Sequence record: OP310984.1
Length of the DNA: 64,000 nucleotides
Strand: one strand, 5' to 3'
This document shows positions 17,443 to 27,146 of the stretch, in pieces. Numbering within the stretch: the first letter of the stretch is position 1; the number at the start of each line of letters is the position of its first letter. The notes beneath the pieces were generated by a model. That model ran no database searches. It was not told the DNA's origin and was given only the letters and a program-made list of their open reading frames with translations. The position numbers were made by a program, and so were the translations under genes.

Positions 17443-17841
17443 TCACTTAGTGATGATCCGTTGCACGAAATGTTGGAGATTTGCAACCAGTCGATCGAAC
17501 TCTTCCACGGTCAGCTGATCACGATGAGATTCCAGAAGTACTTCTACCTCTGGAAGAATGTTGAGCGCGATGTCCAATTGGGTCCGTGAGATGAACTCTG
17601 CGACATCCAACTCGTGATCTCGACGAAGATGATTTACCAGCTTGCGATGTTGTTCACTGTTACGGTAGGTGGAGATCTTATCGATAAGAATATCAGAGAT
17701 ACTGCTTTCGATCTGTTCGGCTACAGCCTGACCGTCTTCCTTTACGGTAGCTTTGACCGCGAGGATGGCAGCAACGGCTGTTGCGCCAACTGCCAGTGCA
17801 ATAAGACCAAGACCAAGTGCGTTTTCTTTGATGAAGTTCAT
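17443..17841 (-). CDS. Hypothetical protein with N-terminal membrane anchor
   Basis: 132 aa; hydrophobic LGLGLIALAVGATAVAAILAV. Confidence 0.7.
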   Translation of the reverse strand: MNFIKENALGLGLIALAVGATAVAAILAVKATVKEDGQAVAEQIESSISDILIDKISTYRNSEQHRKLVNHLRRDHELDVAEFISRTQLDIALNILPEVEVLLESHRDQLTVEEFDRLVANLQHFVQRIITK

Positions 17842-17846
17842 ATTGA

Positions 17847-18188
17847 TTATCCTTTCAAAGTTGCATCATCATTGAAGATATCAGGACCCACCGAGAGACT
17901 TCCCAGAAGATCCGGAGCAATGTAAACAGAGTTGAGGGTTTCGTATACACCGGTAACAGCATCTACGTTAACCAGGCTAGAACTGCGCATGGGTACCCAT
18001 TCACCGTTACGGAAGGCTTCACCGACCAGTACACGAACATCATCTACGTCAGTGCGGTTCGGCCATAGATCCTTACCTTCTACTATTTTTACATTACGAG
18101 CATGGTAGACCAGTTTACCATTCATGCGAGCAACGATATTCGGACGGCACATGTTGTCGATTACTTTAACTGCTACGGACTTTTCCAT
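17847..18188 (-). CDS. Hypothetical phage protein
   Basis: 113 aa; ...YETLNSVY motif resembles small conserved phage proteins. Confidence 0.65.
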   Translation of the reverse strand: MEKSVAVKVIDNMCRPNIVARMNGKLVYHARNVKIVEGKDLWPNRTDVDDVRVLVGEAFRNGEWVPMRSSSLVNVDAVTGVYETLNSVYIAPDLLGSLSVGPDIFNDDATLKG

Positions 18189-18198
18189 TTTTATTTCT

Positions 18199-18348
18199 CT
18201 ATTTAGTTACGAGCATTTCTTGACCATTGGGACCGATACGATGACCGAGGATAACAGTTTCATTAGAAATAGTTTGCTCTTCAAACTTAGCGTTTACAAA
18301 CAGTCCACCAAAAGTCAAACCAATAACCACTAGTGCGAATGCTTTCAT
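18199..18348 (-). CDS. 49-aa membrane or exported peptide MKAFALVVIGLTFGGLFVNAK...
   Basis: Read by hand; AAGGGA RBS; first ORF after the early promoter at 18395; below ORF-track cutoff. Confidence 0.65.
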   Translation of the reverse strand: MKAFALVVIGLTFGGLFVNAKFEEQTISNETVILGHRIGPNGQEMLVTK

Positions 18349-18358
18349 TTTTAAAGTC

Positions 18359-18422
18359 CCTTTTTACATTAATTGAAGGTTAAATATCAAGTTAGTAATA
18401 TACTGTTTAAAATGGTTTGAAT
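18359..18422 (-). repeat. 64-bp direct repeat, copy 1, containing early promoter TATATTAC and RBS
   Basis: Identical to 20210-20273; core at 18395-18402. Confidence 0.9.
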
Positions 18423-18438
18423 AAGGGAGTAGTAGTTA

Positions 18439-18699
18439 TTACATATCGTGCAGGTAGGTCTCATCAATGATGGCACGGGCTAGCTCAATGAGACTATCTT
18501 CATCAACAACAATGTTACCATCTTTCCAGGTAGCGCTATGGGATAACCAGTTACGGTAATCCTTACCTCGTACAGGATTGATGCATACCTGACGAGTAGC
18601 TGCATCACGGTCACCACGGAAACCCATGATAGCACGTGCACGACGGATTGCTTCTTTCTCCAAGTCTTCGTCAGATTTAAAAGTCAGGAAAGTTGTCAT
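18439..18699 (-). CDS. Hypothetical early protein
   Basis: 86 aa; AAGGA RBS; follows promoter variant at 18745. Confidence 0.7.
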   Translation of the reverse strand: MTTFLTFKSDEDLEKEAIRRARAIMGFRGDRDAATRQVCINPVRGKDYRNWLSHSATWKDGNIVVDEDSLIELARAIIDETYLHDM

Positions 18700-18744
18700 A
18701 GTTTGATTCCTTTTTACTGATTTAATAGGTTTAATTACACTGTT

Positions 18745-18780
18745 GTGATATACTGGTTAAAATGGTTTGAATGTATTATT
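18745..18780 (-). promoter_or_regulatory. Early promoter variant (TATATCAC) with shared upstream element
   Basis: tatactggttaaaatggtttgaatgtattat nearly identical to the corresponding part of the repeat. Confidence 0.7.
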
Positions 18781-19113
18781 TCATTTCCACAGACGACAAT
18801 AGTCATCTACATGTCGAGTGATTTCTGCAACAGCCCTGAGTCGCCGGCGGCCAGTTAATTTAGAGCAGTGTTTATTAACTAATGTATCAACAGTTTTACG
18901 TAACCTAACACAGCGTTCTTCATTAGGTATATCTTGTTCGATAAACAGGCTAGTTAATTTATGGATTTCCATATGGATTTTCTTACATACATCGTTAGCC
19001 GATTTTTCTTCATTTAATTTGTTGTATGATTCGACTAACTTAACAATAGTTGTAGCAACAGTAGTTGCGGCAACAAAAATTTGAATACCATTGATAAAAT
19101 TTTTATTAAACAT
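18781..19113 (-). CDS. Hypothetical protein with hydrophobic N-terminus
   Basis: 110 aa; GGAG RBS. Confidence 0.65.
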   Translation of the reverse strand: MFNKNFINGIQIFVAATTVATTIVKLVESYNKLNEEKSANDVCKKIHMEIHKLTSLFIEQDIPNEERCVRLRKTVDTLVNKHCSKLTGRRRLRAVAEITRHVDDYCRLWK

Positions 19114-19164
19114 TTTTAAACTCCAACTAATGTATTAAAAAAATATGTCTATATTGAAAATAAA

Positions 19165-19184
19165 GCCCTCCCCGAAGGGAGGGT
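19165..19184 (-). terminator. UUCG-loop terminator
   Basis: ACCCTCCC-TTCG-GGGAGGGC then TTT. Confidence 0.8.
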
Positions 19185-19214
19185 GTATGTCGCCAATAAG
19201 TGTTACTAATTTAT

Positions 19215-19427
19215 TTAGTTAGTTTGACCATACGTTCTTTCAAAGTTGTTTACATCATAACCTGAGTGGTGTGTTGCAGAACCACCTGAAGTAGTATCTA
19301 TAATCTTAACTACCACTTCATCATTTTCAATGTAAACCGACAGTTTATCTCGCATAAAATCCACGTGGTCATTTCGAGAACGTAGATATTTCATTACAGC
19401 TTCGCCACTGATTTTACTGTTAGCCAT
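19215..19427 (-). CDS. Hypothetical protein
   Basis: 70 aa in operon. Confidence 0.65.
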   Translation of the reverse strand: MANSKISGEAVMKYLRSRNDHVDFMRDKLSVYIENDEVVVKIIDTTSGGSATHHSGYDVNNFERTYGQTN

Positions 19428-19429
19428 TA

Positions 19430-19666
19430 TTATTTCCTCGATTGATTCCAGTTAAAATTATCTTTTGCATTTTTAGTGAAGAACCCGTTACCCCAACCAA
19501 ATGAGTATCTAAAGTCCTTGATTACACCAACATCCGAATCGATAACCTTATATTCAATGACTTTATCACTATTCTCCAGAATGACTAAGATCGCGATAAG
19601 ATCTTTAGGATCACCTACAGTCAATTCATGTCTTTCAGACTCGTCTCTGTGGATAACGATGTACAT
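19430..19666 (-). CDS. Hypothetical protein
   Basis: 78 aa; GAGGA RBS. Confidence 0.65.
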   Translation of the reverse strand: MYIVIHRDESERHELTVGDPKDLIAILVILENSDKVIEYKVIDSDVGVIKDFRYSFGWGNGFFTKNAKDNFNWNQSRK

Positions 19667-19683
19667 GGTACTTTATCCTCTAA

Positions 19684-20199
19684 TTATACCCATTTAGTTA
19701 CTGGGAGTTCGAAGGTTTCACACAAGTCGAGTACTTTACGATGTTCCAAGTTATTTTCTGGATAGAAGGTAATGGGTGTAGTCGGACTACCCCAATTAAC
19801 ACGACATCCAGTTTCTTTATGGATTTCGCCAAGTACAGTATATGCACCTGCCCCATCTGCATAACCCATTTGATTAGGGTTAACGCAGATTTGAGTAAAA
19901 CGCTCCGTCAATACTCGATTAATAGTGATGGTCAAGAGACGAACGAACTCACGAGTCTTCTCGATGTCGTCTACCCAGAATTCCAGAAGGATCCATTTCC
20001 CATGAGGGTTATCATGCCCACCTTGGAAGAATACACAGAAACCTTCTTTTGCCTTATAAAACTCGTGATTGGTAATGTTACATTCAACCATTTGTTTCAC
20101 TGCATGCCATACACGCTCGGTGACATAATCACCATAAAGTTCGATGCAGTGACCACGGCCAGGGAATTGTTCTTTTTTAGAAAATTTAATTTCGAACAT
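19684..20199 (-). CDS. Hypothetical early protein
   Basis: 171 aa; first gene after repeat copy 2. Confidence 0.7.
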   Translation of the reverse strand: MFEIKFSKKEQFPGRGHCIELYGDYVTERVWHAVKQMVECNITNHEFYKAKEGFCVFFQGGHDNPHGKWILLEFWVDDIEKTREFVRLLTITINRVLTERFTQICVNPNQMGYADGAGAYTVLGEIHKETGCRVNWGSPTTPITFYPENNLEHRKVLDLCETFELPVTKWV

Positions 20200-20209
20200 G
20201 GTATAGATT

Positions 20210-20273
20210 CCTTTTTACATTAATTGAAGGTTAAATATCAAGTTAGTAATATACTGTTTAAAATGGTTTGAAT
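20210..20273 (-). repeat. 64-bp direct repeat, copy 2 (early promoter cassette)
   Basis: Identical to 18359-18422. Confidence 0.9.
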
Positions 20274-20293
20274 GTATTATCGGTAGGGGAGGG

Positions 20294-20707
20294 TTACCCT
20301 TTTAACTTTTTAATACTGTTGGATAAGTACATGACACTACGGAAAATTTTGAATCTTGAAAAGTATTCACGTACTTCTTCTTTAGTCAATACAAGTCTTC
20401 CATCTTTATTTACATTATCACCAAAGACAATTTCCTGAGTATTCTTCCATAAAGATCTATAAAGATAACAGCCATGTGGTGCATCACACCAATCATAGAT
20501 CTTAAGTTCAAATTCAACTTTGTCGACAATATCGTCATCAAATAAAATAGTATTTCCTTTACTATTTAACTCCATTAACTCATTTGCACAATTTATTGCA
20601 AACTCAACCGCTGCCCAGGTTCTACCACCACTGAACATATCTTTACTTAATTTACTTAGATCGATTGCATTATAAGTTGTTTTCTTAGAGTTTTTCATGG
20701 ACTGCAC
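20294..20707 (-). CDS. Hypothetical early protein
   Basis: 137 aa; follows early promoter at 20750. Confidence 0.65.
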   Translation of the reverse strand: MQSMKNSKKTTYNAIDLSKLSKDMFSGGRTWAAVEFAINCANELMELNSKGNTILFDDDIVDKVEFELKIYDWCDAPHGCYLYRSLWKNTQEIVFGDNVNKDGRLVLTKEEVREYFSRFKIFRSVMYLSNSIKKLKG

Positions 20708-20749
20708 TCCTCAATAATAAATAGAATAATCTATATTTAATTCACCTTT

Positions 20750-20757
20750 GTAATATA
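20750..20757 (-). promoter_or_regulatory. Early promoter core TATATTAC
   Basis: GTAATATA plus flank ctgtttaaatatgtttgaat shared with the other copies. Confidence 0.75.
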
Positions 20758-20814
20758 CTGTTTAAATATGTTTGAATACATGACATAAAGCCTTCCCCTG
20801 GGGGAAGGCTATTA

Positions 20815-21336
20815 TTATGTTTTAATCCAATGGGTATATGTACATAGGTCAGTTTCTTTAATAATGGTTGATTTCCATTTATCCCATTTAATGATTTCTT
20901 TAGGGAAATAAACACAACTACTATTATCGATTTCCATCTTGACAGTAGTAATGTACATTTCGTCTAAAATATCCTTTTCAATGACTTCTTTATAAAGTTG
21001 AGAACCGCCAATGATCCATACATCCTTTCCAGTTTCTTTATTGAAATGAGTGGCATAAACAATAGCTGCACTTAGATTAGGGAGTACACCTAATTTATTA
21101 TCATAGGCTACTGGATAATTACCGTTACGATATAAACTTGATGATACAACAATGTTATTACGATTAGGTAACGGTTTACTACCTAAGGATAAGAAAGTAT
21201 TTTTACCCATGATAACACAGCAACCAGTTGTCATTTCTTTAAAGAAAGCTAAATCCTCAGGTATATGCCAAGGTAATAGATTATTATATCCAATGACACC
21301 ATTTAGGTCATGGGCAACGATTAATTTAATAGCCAT
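20815..21336 (-). CDS. folA: Dihydrofolate reductase
   Basis: IVAHDLNGVIG, LPWHIPEDLAFFKEMT, IMGKNTF, LPNRNNIVVS and IIGGSQLY DHFR motifs. Confidence 0.95.
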   Translation of the reverse strand: MAIKLIVAHDLNGVIGYNNLLPWHIPEDLAFFKEMTTGCCVIMGKNTFLSLGSKPLPNRNNIVVSSSLYRNGNYPVAYDNKLGVLPNLSAAIVYATHFNKETGKDVWIIGGSQLYKEVIEKDILDEMYITTVKMEIDNSSCVYFPKEIIKWDKWKSTIIKETDLCTYTHWIKT

Positions 21337-21842
21337 TAATTTTCCTTAGGCCAGAATTTACAAGATACTTCATTATCTTTAAATTCAATAGCCCAACTAC
21401 AGCAAGTGAAATTAGTTTTAAACTTAAATGTAGACGCTAATAGGTAATTAATTTGAGCCATTTGTAATAGCGTTAATTCACCATATACTTTCTCATCAAT
21501 CAATACACCAGGTCTTTTATGTTTAATAACTAATTCATTCAACTTAATATCTTGTTCAATATAGAGGTATTCCACTTCGCCTTTTTCTAGTATAGGCATG
21601 TCCCAAAGAATCAGACTAATCTGTTGTGTGAATTCCTCAATACTAGTTGTAATATCTAGTCCTTCATAACCTATCAATAGATTTATAAGTACTTGTAGAC
21701 TAATCAGATTAACAGGTAAGTCTTTTAAATCGTCTTCTTTAATAGTTGTTCTAAAATAAACAGTGCCATCTAAGTTTTTAACTAATAATCTATTTAATAG
21801 ATGATTGACTTCTGATTTAATCTGATAATCCAGTTTGATCAT
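21336..21842 (-). CDS. Hypothetical protein
   Basis: 168 aa; coupled to DHFR. Confidence 0.65.
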   Translation of the reverse strand: MIKLDYQIKSEVNHLLNRLLVKNLDGTVYFRTTIKEDDLKDLPVNLISLQVLINLLIGYEGLDITTSIEEFTQQISLILWDMPILEKGEVEYLYIEQDIKLNELVIKHKRPGVLIDEKVYGELTLLQMAQINYLLASTFKFKTNFTCCSWAIEFKDNEVSCKFWPKEN

Positions 21843-22401
21843 TAGCTAACTCCTTGAGTCTAGTCATGCCATTACTAACTTCAATAATGTAACTAAAGTC
21901 AAAACTATATTTCATCATTTTGAATTCTTCTTTAAAGTTAGCGATATTTCCAGACAGAGCAATTTGTTCAAATCGACTAAAATCAGTAATAGTTTCATCG
22001 AACATTAGTTCTCTTGCGGTAATATCTGGATCATAGTTAGGATGATCAACTACAGTACCTTCGTGGTTTAAAGTACCTTGAAAATTCAAAGTCTTTTTAA
22101 CATGGTCTACAGTTATTTTCCAACTAGTTGCAATATACCGAGCTTTAACTAAATTAGGAGCATACCTGTAAATACACCATTGTAATGGAGTGCCAACAGT
22201 TTGCGTATCATGCGTGGCTTTTATAACTTTAATAAAATTCTCAAGTTGATCAAATGTAACATTCCTAGTTACACCATCATTAGTGGTTATATTAAGAGAT
22301 GGTCGAAGACCAGTACCAAGATCATTGGTGATGATTATATCCTCAACTAAAGCTTCATATAACTTTAGTCCTTCTTTTCTGGATCCAACATCATTACCCA
22401 T
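21817..22401 (-). CDS. Hypothetical protein
   Basis: 194 aa in operon. Confidence 0.65.
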   Translation of the reverse strand: MGNDVGSRKEGLKLYEALVEDIIITNDLGTGLRPSLNITTNDGVTRNVTFDQLENFIKVIKATHDTQTVGTPLQWCIYRYAPNLVKARYIATSWKITVDHVKKTLNFQGTLNHEGTVVDHPNYDPDITARELMFDETITDFSRFEQIALSGNIANFKEEFKMMKYSFDFSYIIEVSNGMTRLKELANDQTGLSD

Positions 22402-22754
22402 TGTTTAGCTTCCTCTTTTGTTACCAGTTGATAAAGTTTATTAAATTCACGTTGACGCATTAATTTGTAATCTAGTATACGCCCATTATTTTTACGAATT
22501 AAAATAATAAAATCACCCGGACAGACAATTTTATCTTTATCTGGGCCTACACGTAAAATACCATGACTAGATTCAGTTAGATTACATAATGGGCAAATCG
22601 CATTACTAAGAGTAGACTCTTTAGTAGGTATAGCATAACCAACAATAGCACCTTGGTTGATATTATTGATAACGCCATCACCAGGTATATCACCGTTCTT
22701 TTTCCATTCGATTGCTTCAATTGGATCGGTGTATTTCGGTAGATAAAAAGACAT
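22365..22754 (-). CDS. Hypothetical phage protein (IEAxxW...VCPGDFII family)
   Basis: 129 aa; PIEAIEW and PGDFII motifs recur in small phage proteins. Confidence 0.6.
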   Translation of the reverse strand: MSFYLPKYTDPIEAIEWKKNGDIPGDGVINNINQGAIVGYAIPTKESTLSNAICPLCNLTESSHGILRVGPDKDKIVCPGDFIILIRKNNGRILDYKLMRQREFNKLYQLVTKEEAKQWVMMLDPEKKD

Positions 22755-23098
22755 TCTTAATTAACTCCGATAAATAATAGTAGTATAGTAAAAAGCACTT
22801 AGGTATATTTCTATTTTAAGCTATATTGTTGATAAAATAAAACCTAAGGGTACATAGTGGGTTATTATTTAAAGCTCTTAAATAGCATGGTAGAACGATA
22901 TTGGACTATATAGCTGTAACCCTTAAGGCACTAAGGCTACAGAGGTTTTTAAGATAAAGATATCCAATGTACCATAATATGCTTTTACAATAGATCAACT
23001 AAATTCATTTAAAATGGGTCGTAAAAATACTTAGTTGATCTAAAGATATGTTGAATACTTTTTCACATGAACTTACGACTCACAATTGGAAATTAACA

Positions 23099-25387
23099 AT
23101 GTTAAAAACTATCATTAAACTAGACGGTACTGAAGAAGCATACTCACCTGCTAAGATTAATGGTTGGGGTGAATGGGCAGCCCAACATCTTGGCGATAAG
23201 GTGGATTGGAGTAGTGTTGTGATGGATGCTGTTCAAGCTCTTGGTGATAAAACTTCATCACAAGAACTACAATTACAACTTATTGAAGAATGTTTAAATC
23301 GTAAGACATGGTCTTATTATCTAATGGCTGGTAGACTATATGCGATTTATCTTCGTAAGAAGTTCTATGGTCTAAATGGCATCCCAACTGTTAAAGCGCT
23401 TCAAACCAGGATGCGTAAAGATGGTATCATTGTTAAATTAGATTATAGTAGTAAAGAATACGCTCAGATTGAAAAGATCATTGATCACGATCTTGACCTA
23501 CTTTGTCCGCATTTTTCACTTCATCACATTCGTGGAAAGTATGCTCTACGTAATCGTAAAACTGGTCAAGAATATGAGACTGCCCAGTTTGTATATATGC
23601 GAATGGCAATGGCTCTAGCTGAAAAAGAGCCAGCTGAAACTCGCATGACTCATGTGGAGAATTACTATAAACTACTTTCTAATAAAATTCTTAGTGCGCC
23701 AACACCTAACTACGTTAACCTAGGTACTAAGCTTCGTGGTTTTGCATCATGTTGCCTGTTTGCTTCTGGTGATAATGGTGTATCACTTGCAATGGGTGAT
23801 TATATTGCCAACATCATGACGCAGTCATCGGCAGGTATTGGTGTTAACCTAATGACTCGGTCTATTGGTGATCCTATTCGTAATGGTCTAATCATCCACC
23901 AAGGTAAGAAACCATACATCGATGTAATGGGTAAAGCAGTACGGGCTAACCTACAGAATGGTCGAGGCGGTGCCGTTACATGTTACTATAGTGCTTTCGA
24001 CCCTGAAGCAGATATGATTACTCAGTTACGTAATCCACGTTCTACTGAGGATAGGAAGAACCGCAATCTTCACTATGCATTCCTAAGTAATAAGTTCTTT
24101 GCTAAGAAAGCGGCTCAGAAAGATGGCATGATCTTTGTATTCAATCCATTTACTGCTCCAGATCTACATGATGCTTTCTATAGTGGTGATATTGATAAGT
24201 TTATTAAGCTTTATGAAAAATATGAAGCAGATCCTAAATTTGAGAAAACTTATGTAAATGCTCGGGATCTTCTCAAATCAATGCTAGTTGAAGCATATGA
24301 GACTGGAACCATCTATTCAGCTCAAATTGATGAACTCAATCATCATACACCATTTAAAGAACCTATTTACAGTTCTAACCTATGCCTTGAAATCGCAGAA
24401 CCCACTAAGCCTTACTATCGAATGGAAGATCTTTATTCTAGTGAGGATCACGGGCGCGGTGAGATTGCTACTTGTTCACTGGCTGCTATTGCAGTGGATA
24501 ACGTTCCTGATAAGCAAACTTATGAAATGGCGGCTTACTACGCACTTAAGATGATTGACTATTGTATCCTTAATGCAGAGTATGCTTTCCCACACCTTGC
24601 ACTAACCGCTAAGAATCGAATGAGTGCTGGTGTTGGTATCATGGGTCTAGCCACACATATGGCACGTGCTGGCCTTAAATATAGCAGCGATGCTGGTAAA
24701 GCTGAAATCCACTTCATTGCTGAACGGCATATGTACTTCCTTATCAAGGCGTCACTTAAGATTTCTAAAGAACGCGGGAATGCGCCTTGGATTCATAAGA
24801 CTAAATGGCCAGAGGGATGGACTCCACGTAAGACTTATAATAAGTCAGTGGATACTATCATTGAAGGTGGCTTTGAAGAACTTTATCCATGGGATGAGCT
24901 AGAGAAAGAAATTAAGGAGAATGGTGGTATTGCACACTCCGTACTAGCTGCATACATGCCTGGTGAAGCATCATCTAAGGCACTAGGGTCAACTAATGGT
25001 CCATACCCGGTACGTCGCCTAATTCTTAATAAGACTGATAATGGTGCACGTGTGCTATGGGCTGCTCCATATGGAGATGATGACTCCTATGTGTATGAAT
25101 CAGCTTATGATATCCCCACTAAAGATCTTATTGATTGCTATGCCATTATTCAAAAGTGGACTGATCAAACAATCAGTGCGGACCTCTACCGACGCATTGT
25201 AGGTTCTGAAAAGATCTCTTCTAATGAAATGCTAGGTAATCACTTCTACATGGTGAAACGTGGAATGAAAACCCGGTATTATGTAAATCTAGAAACAGCA
25301 GCAGGACTTGATATTAAATCACTTGAACGTGCTGTTGAGGTAACTAATACTGAAGTTGGGTGTGCAGGCGGTTCGTGCACTCTTTAA
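23099..25387 (+). CDS. nrdA: Ribonucleotide reductase class I alpha subunit
   Basis: N-terminal ATP-cone-like region, SAPTPNY, FASCCL, SSNLCLEIAEP, MPGEASS, C-terminal CAGGSC; start moved to MLKTIIK. Confidence 0.95.
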   Translation: MLKTIIKLDGTEEAYSPAKINGWGEWAAQHLGDKVDWSSVVMDAVQALGDKTSSQELQLQLIEECLNRKTWSYYLMAGRLYAIYLRKKFYGLNGIPTVKALQTRMRKDGIIVKLDYSSKEYAQIEKIIDHDLDLLCPHFSLHHIRGKYALRNRKTGQEYETAQFVYMRMAMALAEKEPAETRMTHVENYYKLLSNKILSAPTPNYVNLGTKLRGFASCCLFASGDNGVSLAMGDYIANIMTQSSAGIGVNLMTRSIGDPIRNGLIIHQGKKPYIDVMGKAVRANLQNGRGGAVTCYYSAFDPEADMITQLRNPRSTEDRKNRNLHYAFLSNKFFAKKAAQKDGMIFVFNPFTAPDLHDAFYSGDIDKFIKLYEKYEADPKFEKTYVNARDLLKSMLVEAYETGTIYSAQIDELNHHTPFKEPIYSSNLCLEIAEPTKPYYRMEDLYSSEDHGRGEIATCSLAAIAVDNVPDKQTYEMAAYYALKMIDYCILNAEYAFPHLALTAKNRMSAGVGIMGLATHMARAGLKYSSDAGKAEIHFIAERHMYFLIKASLKISKERGNAPWIHKTKWPEGWTPRKTYNKSVDTIIEGGFEELYPWDELEKEIKENGGIAHSVLAAYMPGEASSKALGSTNGPYPVRRLILNKTDNGARVLWAAPYGDDDSYVYESAYDIPTKDLIDCYAIIQKWTDQTISADLYRRIVGSEKISSNEMLGNHFYMVKRGMKTRYYVNLETAAGLDIKSLERAVEVTNTEVGCAGGSCTL

Positions 25388-25393
25388 GTGTAT

Positions 25394-25419
25394 ACACCCT
25401 CCCTTAATTGGGAGGGTGT
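25394..25419 (+). terminator. Hairpin/terminator CCCTCCC-TTAATT-GGGAGGG, repeated at 27071-27090
   Basis: Same 20-nt palindrome after nrdA and after the glycine-zipper gene. Confidence 0.7.
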
Positions 25420-25487
25420 TATTCCCAATTTATACTAACCTCTATTATTTATTGTAAGAAATATTTTTAAATTGTAAAGGAACTGAT

Positions 25488-26651
25488 ATGTCTACTAAAT
25501 CTCAACTACCAAAGAAAATCTTCAATGTTGCTAAGAGTGATTATCATCTACCGGAAATTATTCTTGGAGATGATCCAGGTCTACTAGATTCAATCCACAC
25601 TCATTATCCTAAAATGTGGGAGCTATATAAGCGTCTAAAGATGCTTGATTGGGATGAGCTAGAATTTGACTTTTCCACTTGTCTAGTAGAATTTGAAACG
25701 TGTGATAAATCAACTTATGACATGATGATTAAGACACTGGCCTGGCAATGGGAAGCTGACTCTGTAGCCAGTCGTTCCATTGTTAATATTCTATCACCTG
25801 TCATGACAGATTCACGAGTATGGGCGGGATATGTACGTATTAATGATAATGAAGACGTACATGCTTTAACTTATTCTGAAATTGTACGTAATAGCTTTAA
25901 AGATCCTAAAGTTATTCTAGACGAAATTCTTAGGGTAGAAGAAGCACAAGAACGAATGGTTGCAGTAGCCCGCACTATGGGTGAAGCACATGACGCAGTT
26001 CATGCGTATGCTCTTAATCAGGTACCCAATGATCAAGAACTTTACAATAAAGTATTCATGTTCTTCATCGCTCTATATTTCCTAGAACGTATCCAGTTCA
26101 TGGCATCCTTTGCAGTAACCTTTGCTATTGGTCGTACTGGTGCATTCCAGCAAATTGCAGCCGCTGTTAAGAAAATTGCCCAAGACGAATTCGAAATCCA
26201 TGCACAATATGGACAAGAAGTTATTCGTGCACTACTGGCAACTGAACGCGGTAAACTCGCTTACAGTCAATGTAAAGATAAAATCATTGAACTACTATGG
26301 GAAATTGTAAAGACTGAAGTTACCTGGATTAATTATCTATTCTCTGAAGGTCGTGAACTAACTGGTGTTAATGCGACTAAACTTATTAACTGGGTACTTT
26401 TCAATGCTAATGCCGCAGCAACATTCCTAAGTATTGAAAATGATGTTGTAGAACAGTATCAAGTGGAGTTTAAAGAATCAGCTGGATTTGATTTTGTTTG
26501 GCCAGAGAAGAACCCACTTCTTTATATGGAAGACTACCTAGATATTTCATCAACCCAAGCATCTCCTCAGGAAGAAGAGAAGCCTGATTACATGGTCAAC
26601 GTTGTAAATGATGTTGGTGAAGAAGAAGAATTTGAGGTTGACTTCTTATGA
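25488..26651 (+). CDS. nrdB: Ribonucleotide reductase class I beta subunit
   Basis: EADS, ENEDVHALTY-like ExxHxxxY, LERIQFMASF and QDEFEIH di-metal motifs; follows nrdA. Confidence 0.93.
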   Translation: MSTKSQLPKKIFNVAKSDYHLPEIILGDDPGLLDSIHTHYPKMWELYKRLKMLDWDELEFDFSTCLVEFETCDKSTYDMMIKTLAWQWEADSVASRSIVNILSPVMTDSRVWAGYVRINDNEDVHALTYSEIVRNSFKDPKVILDEILRVEEAQERMVAVARTMGEAHDAVHAYALNQVPNDQELYNKVFMFFIALYFLERIQFMASFAVTFAIGRTGAFQQIAAAVKKIAQDEFEIHAQYGQEVIRALLATERGKLAYSQCKDKIIELLWEIVKTEVTWINYLFSEGRELTGVNATKLINWVLFNANAAATFLSIENDVVEQYQVEFKESAGFDFVWPEKNPLLYMEDYLDISSTQASPQEEEKPDYMVNVVNDVGEEEEFEVDFL

Positions 26652-27061
26652 TTAAGATTATCGCATTCGTAGTTTTAATGTGGTCCACTGTCCTATTTGC
26701 AGCAACTGAAGTAAAATCAACTACAGATGGTATTATTGCACATTCAGAATGTCAGCTAGTTGCTAAAGATAGTAGTGTTGTCGGCACTACTGTTGGAGGT
26801 GCGGTTGGAGCCACCGCAGGCGCTGTATTAGGTCGAGCAATCTTTGGTAAATCTGGAGGTTGGGTAGGTGGTTTAATCGGTGGTGCCGCAGGCGGCGCAG
26901 TCGGTAATAATGTTAGTGCTACTGAAACATTTCAATGTAAACTGATTGTTAATACAGATGGCAAGCAGTACATGGTTCAAACAGTTACCAATGAAAAACC
27001 AAAGGTTGGTGATAAAGTCACTGTTGTTGAAATGAATGATGGTACACGAGATATAATGTAG
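26648..27061 (+). CDS. Exported glycine-zipper 2TM protein (SlyB/YcfJ-like)
   Basis: Signal peptide; GTTVGGAVGATAGAVLG and GGLIGGAAGGAVG zippers. Confidence 0.7.
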   Translation: MIKIIAFVVLMWSTVLFAATEVKSTTDGIIAHSECQLVAKDSSVVGTTVGGAVGATAGAVLGRAIFGKSGGWVGGLIGGAAGGAVGNNVSATETFQCKLIVNTDGKQYMVQTVTNEKPKVGDKVTVVEMNDGTRDIM

Positions 27062-27146
27062 ACATAATGACCCTCCCTTAATTGGGAGGGTTTATGCTAA
27101 CAATTCTATAGCACTCTTATTAACAGTCATCAACGAGAGAGTAGAC

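Noticed and set aside
14046-20223. Many plus-strand ORFs of 60-160 aa antisense to early genes (e.g. 14089, 14539, 15137, 16506, 19741)
   Set aside because: Shadow frames of real minus-strand genes in a GC-richer region; no RBS or promoter support seen
18359-20780. Repeats considered as a CRISPR-like array
   Set aside because: Copies are irregularly spaced, separated by whole genes and contain promoter motifs; no cas genes
22755-23098. AT-rich divergent gap as replication origin or genome end
   Set aside because: No iterons or clear repeats; explained by divergent promoters; phiKZ-like genomes are circularly permuted
26180-26205. NrdB DEFEIH instead of the usual DExxH spacing
   Set aside because: Probably a lineage variant; other metal ligands and the radical Tyr motif are present, so no evidence of a new enzyme class
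23099-26651. Possible intron, intein or homing endonuclease in nrdA/nrdB (also checked terL)
   Set aside because: ORFs are uninterrupted and of normal length; no splice or intein motifs seen
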